Source: a virus
DNA length: 64,000 nucleotides
Reading direction: 5' to 3' (one strand)
IMG/VR virus record: IMGVR_UViG_3300006752_006525
Coordinates: 1 to 64,000 of that record
Under the pieces are notes generated by a model, which worked only from the letters and a program-made list of their open reading frames with translations, was not told where the DNA came from and searched no databases. This document shows, piece by piece, positions 40,174 through 49,212 of the stretch (position 1 is its first letter; every line of letters starts with the position of its first letter). The position numbers and the translations under genes are program-made.

Positions 40174-42207
40174 GTGGCTTTGATTAACTACAAGTCTAGT
40201 CAAATTAAACTTAACTATCCAAATAAAGTATTGGCAGTTAATGTAACAAGCATTGCTGGTAGAGACTACTGGCAACATGCCAACGGTTCCAGCGACCCTT
40301 GGTACTCAGGTTCAAGTTCTCCAAAGTATTATCGTTGGGAAATCACATTCACTGTAACTGCACAAGGACACGGTTCTCACTTAACCAGAGATGATAGAAC
40401 ATACAACGGTTTAGATATTGTTGTAGGTGATTGGGTAGGCAGTGCAACAGCAGGTATTTGTTGTAAAGTAATCAGCATCACAAGTAAAACTTCCACAGAA
40501 GTAAGTTGTATTGTAGAAGATTGGTTACGTTATAATACTTTTGCAAACTCCACAGGTAATGGTATATTTGGTTTAGGTTCAGCCGCAGTGTTCTCATTGA
40601 ATGAGAATGGTGTGCCAATGCTTGATCCTCTACCAACCACAGTATCCAGTTCATTCTATGCAACTGTGATGAGTAGATTCCAATACTTAAATCCGCAAAC
40701 AAACTATGTGTTAGAACAAACAGCACACGGTTTTGACAAAGGTGATGTTGTAGTAGTTACCAGTAGTGGATTCTCAAAAGCAAATTCAACTACATTAAGT
40801 AAAAGTATTGGTGTGGTAACAGAGCCTGGTCCAGGACCAGATCAGTTTATGATATTACCTAACAACAGGATCATTGACTTTGAACCACGCATACCAGGAA
40901 CACAAGGCCAATATGTTTATGTAGACACTGATGGTGACTTAACAACCAGCGAAACAGATGCCCCAACATTTTTAGTTATACAACCTGCAATAGAAACTTT
41001 ACTAGAAGGTGACCAAGATGGTCCTGAGATACCTCATGGACATACTGTAACAATAAATGGTTACGACACAGTTATCAGTGCAGGAGCAGGTTCAGGTAAT
41101 GCAAACGTAAGTGAAATAGTTTCAAGCATTAACAGTCACACTGCAAATCATAATGTTGTAGCAAGTACAGTTGCAACAAAGACTGTGATAAATTCAGACC
41201 CAAGTGGTACAGTGTACGGACTCGTAGGTGGCTTTACGCCATTCAGTGCCGCAATAGATAGTGGTAGTGGTAACACAACAATTAATTTTACAACCAATGC
41301 CGCAGGTCAAGCCGCATACAGTCAAGCAGTTGCTATTCCACAAGACATGGCAACAGACATTAATGCCGCTGGTATTGCAAACTTAACTGCTACATATAAT
41401 TCAGGTACATTAACATTAACAGAAACAAATGGTAATGCTGTTACTATAGTTAATGTAACCAATGATTCTAACAATAATCCTTATGTTGGTGCTGGTAATA
41501 TATCAGGTTTGCCAGCAAGTGTAGCCGCACCTGGAACAGAACGTATTAATCTCACACGCAGTGACGGTGGTGAGATATTAATTTTTGAAAGCACAGAATT
41601 CTTTAGAGTGAACACAGGTATTGCAAGTGGACACACAGGAATGTATCCATTAGCACTCAACGTTGAACAAGGTATCAGAGGTGGTACTGTTAAAGTGGTT
41701 GCAGATGTCAGTGCAAGAAATGCATTGAATGCACAGGTTGGTGACCAGGCACATGTATTAAGTGCCGACGATGGTGAATGGGCACTGTACTTATATGATG
41801 GTTCAAGTTGGGTTAAGATATCTGACAGAGATAGCAGTACAACAGATGCTAGAACACTCACAACAACATTCACAATGCCAGTGGGTGGCTTTGGTGTTAG
41901 CACAACAAACTTACTTGGTAACATATCACCCGGTGGTAAAATTGTTAGTGTTGCTGTAGAAATTAACACAACATTCTCAGGACACAGTGGTGGTGAACCA
42001 AACATTGAAGTTGGTACACTAGCAGACCCAGATGTGTATTGTGACTCACCAAGTAATGACTTAACTGAAAGTGCAGGTGACACTTTCTTATGTCAACCAG
42101 AGTATGTGTGGCCTTCAACACAGACACAAGATTTAGAAGTGAGAGCACGTTGTAATCACTACAATGCAAGTGCTGGAAGTGTCACTGTCATATTAACATA
42201 CGTTTAA
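40174..42207 (+). CDS. Virion structural protein with shared C-terminal domain
   Basis: 677 aa, GTG start with AGGAG RBS; C-terminus homologous to 1..1077. Confidence 0.65.
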   Translation: MALINYKSSQIKLNYPNKVLAVNVTSIAGRDYWQHANGSSDPWYSGSSSPKYYRWEITFTVTAQGHGSHLTRDDRTYNGLDIVVGDWVGSATAGICCKVISITSKTSTEVSCIVEDWLRYNTFANSTGNGIFGLGSAAVFSLNENGVPMLDPLPTTVSSSFYATVMSRFQYLNPQTNYVLEQTAHGFDKGDVVVVTSSGFSKANSTTLSKSIGVVTEPGPGPDQFMILPNNRIIDFEPRIPGTQGQYVYVDTDGDLTTSETDAPTFLVIQPAIETLLEGDQDGPEIPHGHTVTINGYDTVISAGAGSGNANVSEIVSSINSHTANHNVVASTVATKTVINSDPSGTVYGLVGGFTPFSAAIDSGSGNTTINFTTNAAGQAAYSQAVAIPQDMATDINAAGIANLTATYNSGTLTLTETNGNAVTIVNVTNDSNNNPYVGAGNISGLPASVAAPGTERINLTRSDGGEILIFESTEFFRVNTGIASGHTGMYPLALNVEQGIRGGTVKVVADVSARNALNAQVGDQAHVLSADDGEWALYLYDGSSWVKISDRDSSTTDARTLTTTFTMPVGGFGVSTTNLLGNISPGGKIVSVAVEINTTFSGHSGGEPNIEVGTLADPDVYCDSPSNDLTESAGDTFLCQPEYVWPSTQTQDLEVRARCNHYNASAGSVTVILTYV

Positions 42208-42307
42208 TACTTTTCCCTTAATTTAGATAAATATACATAACGTTTAGCTCTTATGGCTGGATGTTATCGATAACACGCAAAAAATACGTATTATATAGGA
42301 GATATAA

Positions 42308-45300
42308 ATGGCTGACATTAAGAACTTTGGTATAAAGGGTCTATCGTCAGACGTCCAACTCGGTAAGGGTGGCGGTAAAGTCAAATATGATTCTAGTAAT
42401 AACAGATTCGACCTCACGCAGTCGGATGGTTCAACACTAGAAAATTTAAGACTTGGCGCGATCACTGCAGGTGCATGGACGGCAACAGCAATTGGTACGC
42501 AATATGGTGGTTTAGGACTTGACGGTTCCTCTTCAACTGGTATTGCAACGTTCTCATCTGGTACGGCTAGTATTGGTACAATCGATCTAAGCGATTCAGG
42601 CTTAGTTGATGCATCTTCGCAACTTCCAGTTGCACAAGGTGGTACTGGTGCAAGTACAGCAGGTGGAGCAAGAACTAACTTAGGGTTAGGTTCAATTGCA
42701 ACGCAAGACTCAAACAATGTTGCTATTACAGGTGGTGCTTTAGATAGCACCGTCATCGGCGGTAGTACGGCGGCGGCAGGTAGTTTCACAACTATTAATG
42801 CTTCCGGTGCAATCACAGGTAACTTAACAGGTACAGCAGATGATGCTGATGGCCTATCAAGTGCTGTTACAGTTGGTCTTTCAGGAGACGCAACAGGTAC
42901 AGCAACTTTTCAAGATGCTGGTGATACCGCAACAATTTCCACAACTTTAGCCACTGTTAACAGTGATGTAGGATCATATGGTAGTTCAACTGCTATTCCT
43001 GTACTCACAGTTAATGCTAAAGGTTTAGTTACAGCAGTAAGTACTGCTAGTATCTCAACAAGTTGGACAATTAGCGATGGCTCAAACACTTCTTCAATTG
43101 ACGGTGGCGATACTTTAACGGTATCAGGTACTGCAAACGAAGTAGATGTTGTTGTAAGCGGCGACTCATTAACAATCGGTTTACCTAACGATGTAACAAT
43201 AGGTAACAACTTGACAGTAACTGGTTCATTCCTTTCGGATGACATTACAGCGGCACAGGTAAGTGTTGCAGGTGATGCAGTTATTACAGGTAACTTAACA
43301 GTACAAGGAACTCAAACAACAGTTAATTCGACAACAGTTGAAACTGCTGATGCAATTTTCCGTGTAAACAGTAATGGTACAACAGGTACTGACGTAGGTT
43401 TCGAAGCCAACGTTGGTGGCACTGCAAAGCAAATTGTTTATACAGGTGCTGGTAGTAAGTGGAGTGTAGGCTCCGAAACTTTTGTAGCGGCAACGTTCGA
43501 AGGTGATGTAACTGGTGATGTAACTGGTGATGTAACAGGTAATGTTACAGGTAACTTAACTGGTGATGTAACTGGTGATGTAACTGGTGATGTAACTGGT
43601 AATGCAGATACAGCAACAACTTTAGCGAATGCTAGAACAATAACAATAGACGGTGATGTAGATGCAACTGCTACTGCTTTTGATGGTAGTCAGAACATTA
43701 CATTAACAACTACACTTGATAACACAGGTGTTACAGCGGCTAGTTATGGTTCTGCTTCACTAGTTCCAGTATTAACTATTGATGCAAAAGGACGAGTAAC
43801 ATCTGCTAGTACAGCGGCTATTACAACTTCTTTCACATTAGCAGGTGATACAGGTACGCAACTTGTTGAAGGTGGAGACACAGCAACAATAGCAGGTGGT
43901 ACTAACATCACTACAGTAGCAAGTGCAACTGATACTTTAACAGTTAATCTAGATCCAAATATTAGTTTAACAAACGTTACTACATCAGGTGGCATTTTCA
44001 CTGATGACATCTACGAGCAAACTACTAATGCAGGTATTACTTTTGGACATGACGTCAATGGTGGTGCGGCAACATTTAGTGGTACAGTAACTGGTGGTAC
44101 ATTAACTGACGGCACATTAAGTGCTTCAAGTGGTGCAATCACAGGTGCTACAACAATCACTGCAAGTGGTGCAATCACTGGTGGTAGTTTAACAGACGGT
44201 ACTGCTACATTAAGTAGTGGTGCATTAACAGGTGCAACTAACGGTACATTTAGTGGTACAGTAACTGGTGGTACATTAACTGATGGCACATTAAGTGCAA
44301 GTTCAGGTGCTATTACAGGTGCTACAAATATCACAGCAAGTGGTACTGTTCAGTATGGTTCATTAAGTGATGGTTCAATCACAGTTACTGGTTTTGTCGA
44401 TGAAGACAACATGGCTAGTGACAGTGCAACACTTATCCCAACGCAACAATCTGTTAAAGCATACGTCGACGCAGTTGCAACAGCGGCTGACTTAGACTTC
44501 CAAGGTGATGACGCAACTGCTTTAAGTATTGATCTTGATAGTGAAGTACTTACAATCGCAGGTGGAACTGGTCTAACAACAGCAGGTAGTGGTAACACTC
44601 TTACTGTTAACTTAGACAACACAGCAGTAAGTGCTGGATCATATGGTAGTTCAACTGCTATTCCAACATTTACAGTTGATGCACAAGGACGTATTACAAA
44701 TGCCTCTACAGCGGCAATTAGTACTTCTTGGACATTAAGTGATGGTTCCAATACACAAACTATCGATGGTGGTGATACTTTAACAGTATCAGGTACTACT
44801 GGCGAAGTTGATGTAGCGGTTAGTGCAACAGATACATTAACAATTGGTTTACCAAGCGATGTAACAATCGGTAATGACTTAACAGTTACTAACGACTTAA
44901 CAGTATCAGGTACACTTAACTCGGATGATATTACATCTGCAACAGTTAGTGTGTCAGGTGATGCAGTTATTTCTGGTAACTTAACAGTTAACGGTACACA
45001 AACTATTGTTAATTCAACAACAGTTCAAACAGAAGATGCTATCTTCAGAACAAACAGTGGCGGTGCTAATACTGATGCTGGTTTTGAAGCAAACACAGCA
45101 AGTGGTGTAAAACAAATTCTTTACACAGCGGCTGGTACAGAATGGGACTTCGGTTCTGAGAATGTAAAAGCAAGTACGTTTGAAGGTAACTTAACAGGTG
45201 ACGTAACAGGTGACACAACAGGTGCTCACAATGGTACAGTTGGTGCAACAACACCAGCAACTGGTGCATTTACTACAATTAATGCTTCAGGTACAATTAC

Positions 45301-45937
45301 TGGTGATGTAACTGGTGATTTAACTGGTGACGTAACTGGTGATGTAACAGGTGATGTAACTGGTGATTTAACTGGTGATGTTACAGGTAGCATCAGTGGT
45401 GCAACTGGTACGTTTACAGGCGCAGTAAGTTTTGGTACATTAACAGATTCAGGTGAGAGCATTGCAATCACTAAGTTTGTTGATGAAGCAGATGGCATTG
45501 GCAACAACGACAATGACACTACTATTCCAACTTCAGCGGCAGTTGTTGATTATGTTGCAACAAATGGTGGTGACGGACTATTACTTAGACAAGCATTGAC
45601 ATCAGGTAGTGCAACTATCGATACAAGTGCTATGCCTAACATTAGTAGCAGAACTTACTATGCACAAAAAATTGTAATTAAGATTGGAACAGCATTTAGT
45701 GGCGGTTCTTTCAACCATATTCTTGTTAAAGAGAATGGTGGTAGTGGAACAGTATTAGTAGCGGCTGATGACGCAGATGCGGCAACAGCAGGTACTTACA
45801 TCATCGAGTTAGATGGTGATGCGGCACTTACAAAGAATGCGGCTGTACAAGTACAGTTCATGCAGGCAGACAGTAGCACAGCGGCTACAACTACTGCAGG
45901 TTCAGGTACAATCTCAGTACATTACAACTATGTCTAA
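42308..45937 (+). CDS. Long fibre/surface virion protein with internal duplications
   Basis: G/T/S/A-rich; duplicated DDIT..GNLTV.GTQT..AIFR module; GDVT repeats; GATAAATA at 42226 and a 12-bp leader hairpin. Confidence 0.75.
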   Translation: MADIKNFGIKGLSSDVQLGKGGGKVKYDSSNNRFDLTQSDGSTLENLRLGAITAGAWTATAIGTQYGGLGLDGSSSTGIATFSSGTASIGTIDLSDSGLVDASSQLPVAQGGTGASTAGGARTNLGLGSIATQDSNNVAITGGALDSTVIGGSTAAAGSFTTINASGAITGNLTGTADDADGLSSAVTVGLSGDATGTATFQDAGDTATISTTLATVNSDVGSYGSSTAIPVLTVNAKGLVTAVSTASISTSWTISDGSNTSSIDGGDTLTVSGTANEVDVVVSGDSLTIGLPNDVTIGNNLTVTGSFLSDDITAAQVSVAGDAVITGNLTVQGTQTTVNSTTVETADAIFRVNSNGTTGTDVGFEANVGGTAKQIVYTGAGSKWSVGSETFVAATFEGDVTGDVTGDVTGNVTGNLTGDVTGDVTGDVTGNADTATTLANARTITIDGDVDATATAFDGSQNITLTTTLDNTGVTAASYGSASLVPVLTIDAKGRVTSASTAAITTSFTLAGDTGTQLVEGGDTATIAGGTNITTVASATDTLTVNLDPNISLTNVTTSGGIFTDDIYEQTTNAGITFGHDVNGGAATFSGTVTGGTLTDGTLSASSGAITGATTITASGAITGGSLTDGTATLSSGALTGATNGTFSGTVTGGTLTDGTLSASSGAITGATNITASGTVQYGSLSDGSITVTGFVDEDNMASDSATLIPTQQSVKAYVDAVATAADLDFQGDDATALSIDLDSEVLTIAGGTGLTTAGSGNTLTVNLDNTAVSAGSYGSSTAIPTFTVDAQGRITNASTAAISTSWTLSDGSNTQTIDGGDTLTVSGTTGEVDVAVSATDTLTIGLPSDVTIGNDLTVTNDLTVSGTLNSDDITSATVSVSGDAVISGNLTVNGTQTIVNSTTVQTEDAIFRTNSGGANTDAGFEANTASGVKQILYTAAGTEWDFGSENVKASTFEGNLTGDVTGDTTGAHNGTVGATTPATGAFTTINASGTITGDVTGDLTGDVTGDVTGDVTGDLTGDVTGSISGATGTFTGAVSFGTLTDSGESIAITKFVDEADGIGNNDNDTTIPTSAAVVDYVATNGGDGLLLRQALTSGSATIDTSAMPNISSRTYYAQKIVIKIGTAFSGGSFNHILVKENGGSGTVLVAADDADAATAGTYIIELDGDAALTKNAAVQVQFMQADSSTAATTTAGSGTISVHYNYV
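43502..43603 (+). repeat. 12-nt tandem repeat GGTGATGTAACT (GDVT)
   Basis: About 8 units. Confidence 0.9.
45302..45388 (+). repeat. 12-nt tandem repeat (GDVT/GDLT)
   Basis: About 7 units. Confidence 0.9.
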
Positions 45938-45953
45938 TTAATTTTAGATAACT

Positions 45954-45983
45954 AAAAAGGGCAGTTTAACTGCCCTTTTTTTT
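45954..45983. terminator. Bidirectional rho-independent terminator
   Basis: AAAAAGGGCAG-TTTAA-CTGCCCTTTTTTTT between convergent genes. Confidence 0.9.
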
Positions 45984-45986
45984 GAC

Positions 45987-46136
45987 TTAAGGATAGAAAG
46001 GATTATCTGTGATATACTTAGGCCACTCTGTTCTTTTCTCCACAGTGGGGAAACTCAAAGTTGACACTCTTTTTACTTTCTTAAGTTGTTTTTGTACAGC
46101 ACGTCGAACGAGTACTGTCTCTTGATACTTAGTCAT
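45987..46136 (-). CDS. Riboswitch-controlled basic 49-aa peptide (MTKYQETVLVRRAVQKQLKKVKRVSTLSFPTVEKRTEWPKYITDNPFYP)
   Basis: AGGAGA RBS 5 nt before ATG; ends at the terminator; absent from the ORF track. Confidence 0.75.
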   Translation of the reverse strand: MTKYQETVLVRRAVQKQLKKVKRVSTLSFPTVEKRTEWPKYITDNPFYP

Positions 46137-46157
46137 GTCATTCTCCTATCGGAAAAT

Positions 46158-46206
46158 GCGTTCCTTCGGCTTCATTGCCTACTTCCGTCCTTTACAGGAT
46201 GAACGT
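46158..46206 (-). ncRNA. Glutamine-I (glnA-motif) riboswitch aptamer 2
   Basis: ACGUUCA-[UCCU GUAA AGGA]-CGGAAGUA-[GGC AAUGAA GCC]-GAAGGAACGC. Confidence 0.85.
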
Positions 46207-46212
46207 AACAAT

Positions 46213-46262
46213 GCGTTCCTTCGTCACTATTGACTACTTCCGCCCAATGATTGGGTGAACGT
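46213..46262 (-). ncRNA. Glutamine-I (glnA-motif) riboswitch aptamer 1
   Basis: ACGUUCA-[CCCAA UCA UUGGG]-CGGAAGUA-[GUCA AUAG UGAC]-GAAGGAACGC. Confidence 0.85.
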
Positions 46263-46268
46263 ATAAAA

Positions 46269-46276
46269 TATTTATC
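46269..46276 (-). promoter_or_regulatory. Late promoter GATAAATA directly upstream of the riboswitch
   Basis: Motif 6 nt before aptamer 1. Confidence 0.7.
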
Positions 46277-46280
46277 ACTT

Positions 46281-46607
46281 TTAGGATTCTAATTGTACGA
46301 TTTTAATGGCTTCTTCTGTGCTATATGGACTTGATTCTGCCATTGGAGGCTTAGTTTCGTAGATGTTTTCATACTTTTCTACCATGTCAGCATTGATTTG
46401 TATGAATGGCTTTTCTGCTTCTGGCACATCAATCTCATCAAATATTGCATCAACAGGACATTCTGGTACACACAATCCACAATCAATACATTCATCTGGA
46501 TCTATGACCAACATATTTGGTCCTTCATAAAAACAATCAACAGGACATACTTGAACGCAATGTGTGTCCTTACAGCCGACACAAGCACTAGTTACTACAA
46601 ATGCCAT
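46281..46607 (-). CDS. fdxA: 7Fe/8Fe ferredoxin (FdxA-type)
   Basis: [42 protein letters not shown]. Confidence 0.92.
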   Translation of the reverse strand: MAFVVTSACVGCKDTHCVQVCPVDCFYEGPNMLVIDPDECIDCGLCVPECPVDAIFDEIDVPEAEKPFIQINADMVEKYENIYETKPPMAESSPYSTEEAIKIVQLES

Positions 46608-46608
46608 T

Positions 46609-47211
46609 TTACCCCTTTTGAAATTTTGGTTTTAAGTCTATATGATACGTGCAAGAAAATACCAGTGTTCTTTTATCTGATAAGTTTGGTGTCATGCCCC
46701 ATGGAATATGACTTGGCCAAAACATTACCTTTGCTGGCTTACCTCTTTTAACAACATTGGATGGTGTCACTATAGGTGGCGTAGCCCAACGTTTGTCTCC
46801 AAAGTGTTCAAAGTAAACACTTGAACTTTTATCTGCACTCTCATCTACATCGAGGAACACTAATGCTGAATACCATCTAAGTCTTTCAGCATTGAGTGGA
46901 AAATTATGTTTAGGATTAATTGATATAAATTTACTATTAGCACAGGTTATATCTATTTGTGCTTGATTCAACTTATAGTAATCAAAAACTTGCTGGTGAA
47001 AAACGTTGCCAAGTATCTGTACTAGTTTCCTAGTCTTGTCAACTGTGTTGTTTTCTCCTGTGATAAATCCAAAGTTAGTTTCAATTCGAGGAAGTTTTGT
47101 ATCTACCTCAGTAATAATATCAGATATCATATTGCTATCTAATTCTAGTTGTCCATCAAAAACCAAGTCTGGAAACATAGGAGTAATATTCCACCCTAGC
47201 GATTTCCTCAT
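46609..47211 (-). CDS. 2OG-Fe(II) oxygenase-fold protein, metal ligands apparently degenerate
   Basis: [19 protein letters not shown] pattern; GTAAATA 5 nt before ATG. Confidence 0.45.
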   Translation of the reverse strand: MRKSLGWNITPMFPDLVFDGQLELDSNMISDIITEVDTKLPRIETNFGFITGENNTVDKTRKLVQILGNVFHQQVFDYYKLNQAQIDITCANSKFISINPKHNFPLNAERLRWYSALVFLDVDESADKSSSVYFEHFGDKRWATPPIVTPSNVVKRGKPAKVMFWPSHIPWGMTPNLSDKRTLVFSCTYHIDLKPKFQKG

Positions 47212-47296
47212 ACTACTATTTACCGGCTGGCTTTAATATGCTTGACATATAATGAATGTACTGTATAATATAGTTTTTACACATAGTAGGTATGAA

Positions 47297-48736
47297 ATGA
47301 ATAAGCATTGTTTATTGTTAGGTACAATATTATTAGCCAGTTGTGGAGGCGGAGGAACATCTCCTGCTGTTGGTTTGCAACCGTTAAATCCAACACCACC
47401 TGCACCAACACCACAATTCAAAGAAGATGCAGTAGTATTATCAAATCCCAATACATATTTTACACAAAGTTGTATGGAGCCAAACGTTCAATTTGTTTTG
47501 CCTACTAAACTTAACGGTGATGAACATGTTGATTTCATAGTACACTATTGGTGTTCTGCTGATCCATGGGGTGACTCTAAACGTGAACCCACACCAGATA
47601 CACTAGTAGCATGGGCAAGTAATGGACTAGGTGGATATGATGTTGTTAACTATGAAGTGTTTAATGATTCGTATCCAAAGATAGGCTCAGCAACAAGAAA
47701 AGTTTCTGTCAAAGACATCAACAATGATGGCTTACCCGACTTTGCATTTGCTACAAACATGGAAGATGGTAGAGCAACAGGTGGTCCAGATAACCAAGAA
47801 GATGCATTGAGCAATGGTGCCTACCCTGCTATCCTATTAAGTTCTGCTGATTACAAATACACAGTCCACACTATGGGAGAAATTGATTGGGGACATGCTG
47901 TAGACTTTGCACCCAACGGTGATGCAGTTTTTGCTGGTTACTTATGGACAGCAGAGCAACAGGCATTTAGATTACAAGACAGTTCTTTTGTAGATGTATC
48001 TGATCAATATCCAGTTGTGCAAGGTAACTCGTTTAGGTTTGGTGCAGAATTGTTAGTAAACACTAACCGATTGGAAAGTGGTAATCACTCAATTGAATTA
48101 TACAACGGAAAAGAACTTTTACATGTGTGGGAAAGGCCTACATTGTTTGAAGTAGATATAGACAACCAAATGTATCCAGTATCAGATATCAATGGTAGAA
48201 AAGCAGTTGGTGGAACAGTGCCTGAGATATGTGTAATGGACTACAACGGCAAAGAAACATTTGTGATGTCTGTGCTGTCTAGTCAATTAGTATCCGGTGA
48301 GGACTTACAGGAAGATTATTACTACACCAACAGCGAATTTCTAAACGCATTACGCATTGAATTCTTCCAAGTAGAGAACAATCAATTAATAAGGATTGCA
48401 GACCCAATTGATGTAGAGTTAGACACAGCAGACTTCAACTTTATGGTGTGTGATGATATCAATGGTGACGGATTAGATGATTTGCAAATACAAAAACACA
48501 GTAATCGCATTGACAATGACAGAGATACAGGCGGTATACCTGACGTTTTATTGCAATCTTCTAGTGGTATGAACTATGTAAACACCACAGAATGGCCACA
48601 ATACAGCAGTAAAAACATGTCTACTTGGGGTATGTTACTGGATGTAAATGCTGATGGATACAGTGATCTCATGCTGTGGGAAGAAGCAGTAGACTTGGGC
48701 GATATAGAAATATATTTAGGAAACAAAGACTTATAA
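47297..48736 (+). CDS. FG-GAP/VCBS repeat lipoprotein
   Basis: Lipobox LASC-GGGG; DINNDGLPD, DINGDGLDD, DVNADGYSD repeats; TTGACA..TATAAT promoter at 47242. Confidence 0.75.
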   Translation: MNKHCLLLGTILLASCGGGGTSPAVGLQPLNPTPPAPTPQFKEDAVVLSNPNTYFTQSCMEPNVQFVLPTKLNGDEHVDFIVHYWCSADPWGDSKREPTPDTLVAWASNGLGGYDVVNYEVFNDSYPKIGSATRKVSVKDINNDGLPDFAFATNMEDGRATGGPDNQEDALSNGAYPAILLSSADYKYTVHTMGEIDWGHAVDFAPNGDAVFAGYLWTAEQQAFRLQDSSFVDVSDQYPVVQGNSFRFGAELLVNTNRLESGNHSIELYNGKELLHVWERPTLFEVDIDNQMYPVSDINGRKAVGGTVPEICVMDYNGKETFVMSVLSSQLVSGEDLQEDYYYTNSEFLNALRIEFFQVENNQLIRIADPIDVELDTADFNFMVCDDINGDGLDDLQIQKHSNRIDNDRDTGGIPDVLLQSSSGMNYVNTTEWPQYSSKNMSTWGMLLDVNADGYSDLMLWEEAVDLGDIEIYLGNKDL

Positions 48737-48739
48737 AAA

Positions 48740-48792
48740 GGTTGACAAATATGCAAAATTTGCTATACTATATACATAGTTAGGAAATAGGA
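48740..48792 (+). promoter_or_regulatory. Early promoter module, copy 1
   Basis: GGTTGACAA..AAATTTGCTATACTATATACATAGTTAGGAAATAGGA. Confidence 0.8.
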
Positions 48793-48806
48793 AACAGGAG
48801 TTAAGT

Positions 48807-49118
48807 ATGTATATTTTAGAAAACAAAACAAACGGTTCGGTCTTTGGTGCAAAGAGTTATTACATCAAGTCTGAATTTTCAACAGCGGCGGCGGCTAAAG
48901 CGGCTTTAACCAGATACACTAAGAAGTATGCTGATCATGACTACATCAACTTTGATCCAGAGAACTTCAAGGTAACTGCTTGGGCTGATTATGATGAGCC
49001 TCAAGTTACTAGAACTGCAAGGTTCCCAGGTACTGGTGAAGAGAGAACTTACACAATTGGTATCAATAGTGTTGGTACTTGTGTAGACCCAGCAACAGAA
49101 ACTTACTGGAGTATGTAA
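48807..49118 (+). CDS. Early hypothetical protein
   Basis: C-terminal DPATETYWSM phage motif. Confidence 0.7.
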   Translation: MYILENKTNGSVFGAKSYYIKSEFSTAAAAKAALTRYTKKYADHDYINFDPENFKVTAWADYDEPQVTRTARFPGTGEERTYTIGINSVGTCVDPATETYWSM

Positions 49119-49124
49119 TCAAGA

Positions 49125-49201
49125 GCGGCTGTAGCTCAGTTGGATAGAGTATGTGGCTACGAACCACAAGGTCGGGAGTTCGAATCTTCCCAGCCGCGCC
49201 A
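49125..49201 (+). tRNA. tRNA-Arg(ACG)
   Basis: Cloverleaf; anticodon loop CT-ACG-AA; GTTCGAATC T loop; CCA end. Confidence 0.95.
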
Positions 49202-49212
49202 AGAGGAAATGT

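Noticed and set aside
33268-45519. Many antisense ORFs (e.g. 33268-33867, 41481-42083, 42244-42816)
   Set aside because: Shadow frames of well-supported genes caused by codon bias; no RBS or motifs
36334-45937. Diversity-generating retroelement acting on fibre genes
   Set aside because: No reverse transcriptase and no TR/VR pair with adenine-specific differences seen; the repeats are ordinary protein-level duplications
46155-46263. Mini-CRISPR-like repeat/spacer appearance
   Set aside because: Only two units, and the variable parts are 12-13-nt self-complementary hairpins; this fits tandem riboswitch aptamers, and no cas genes are present
49153-49212. Extended N-terminus of the HAD gene
   Set aside because: Lies within tRNA-Arg; the likely start is ATG 49213 after GAGG
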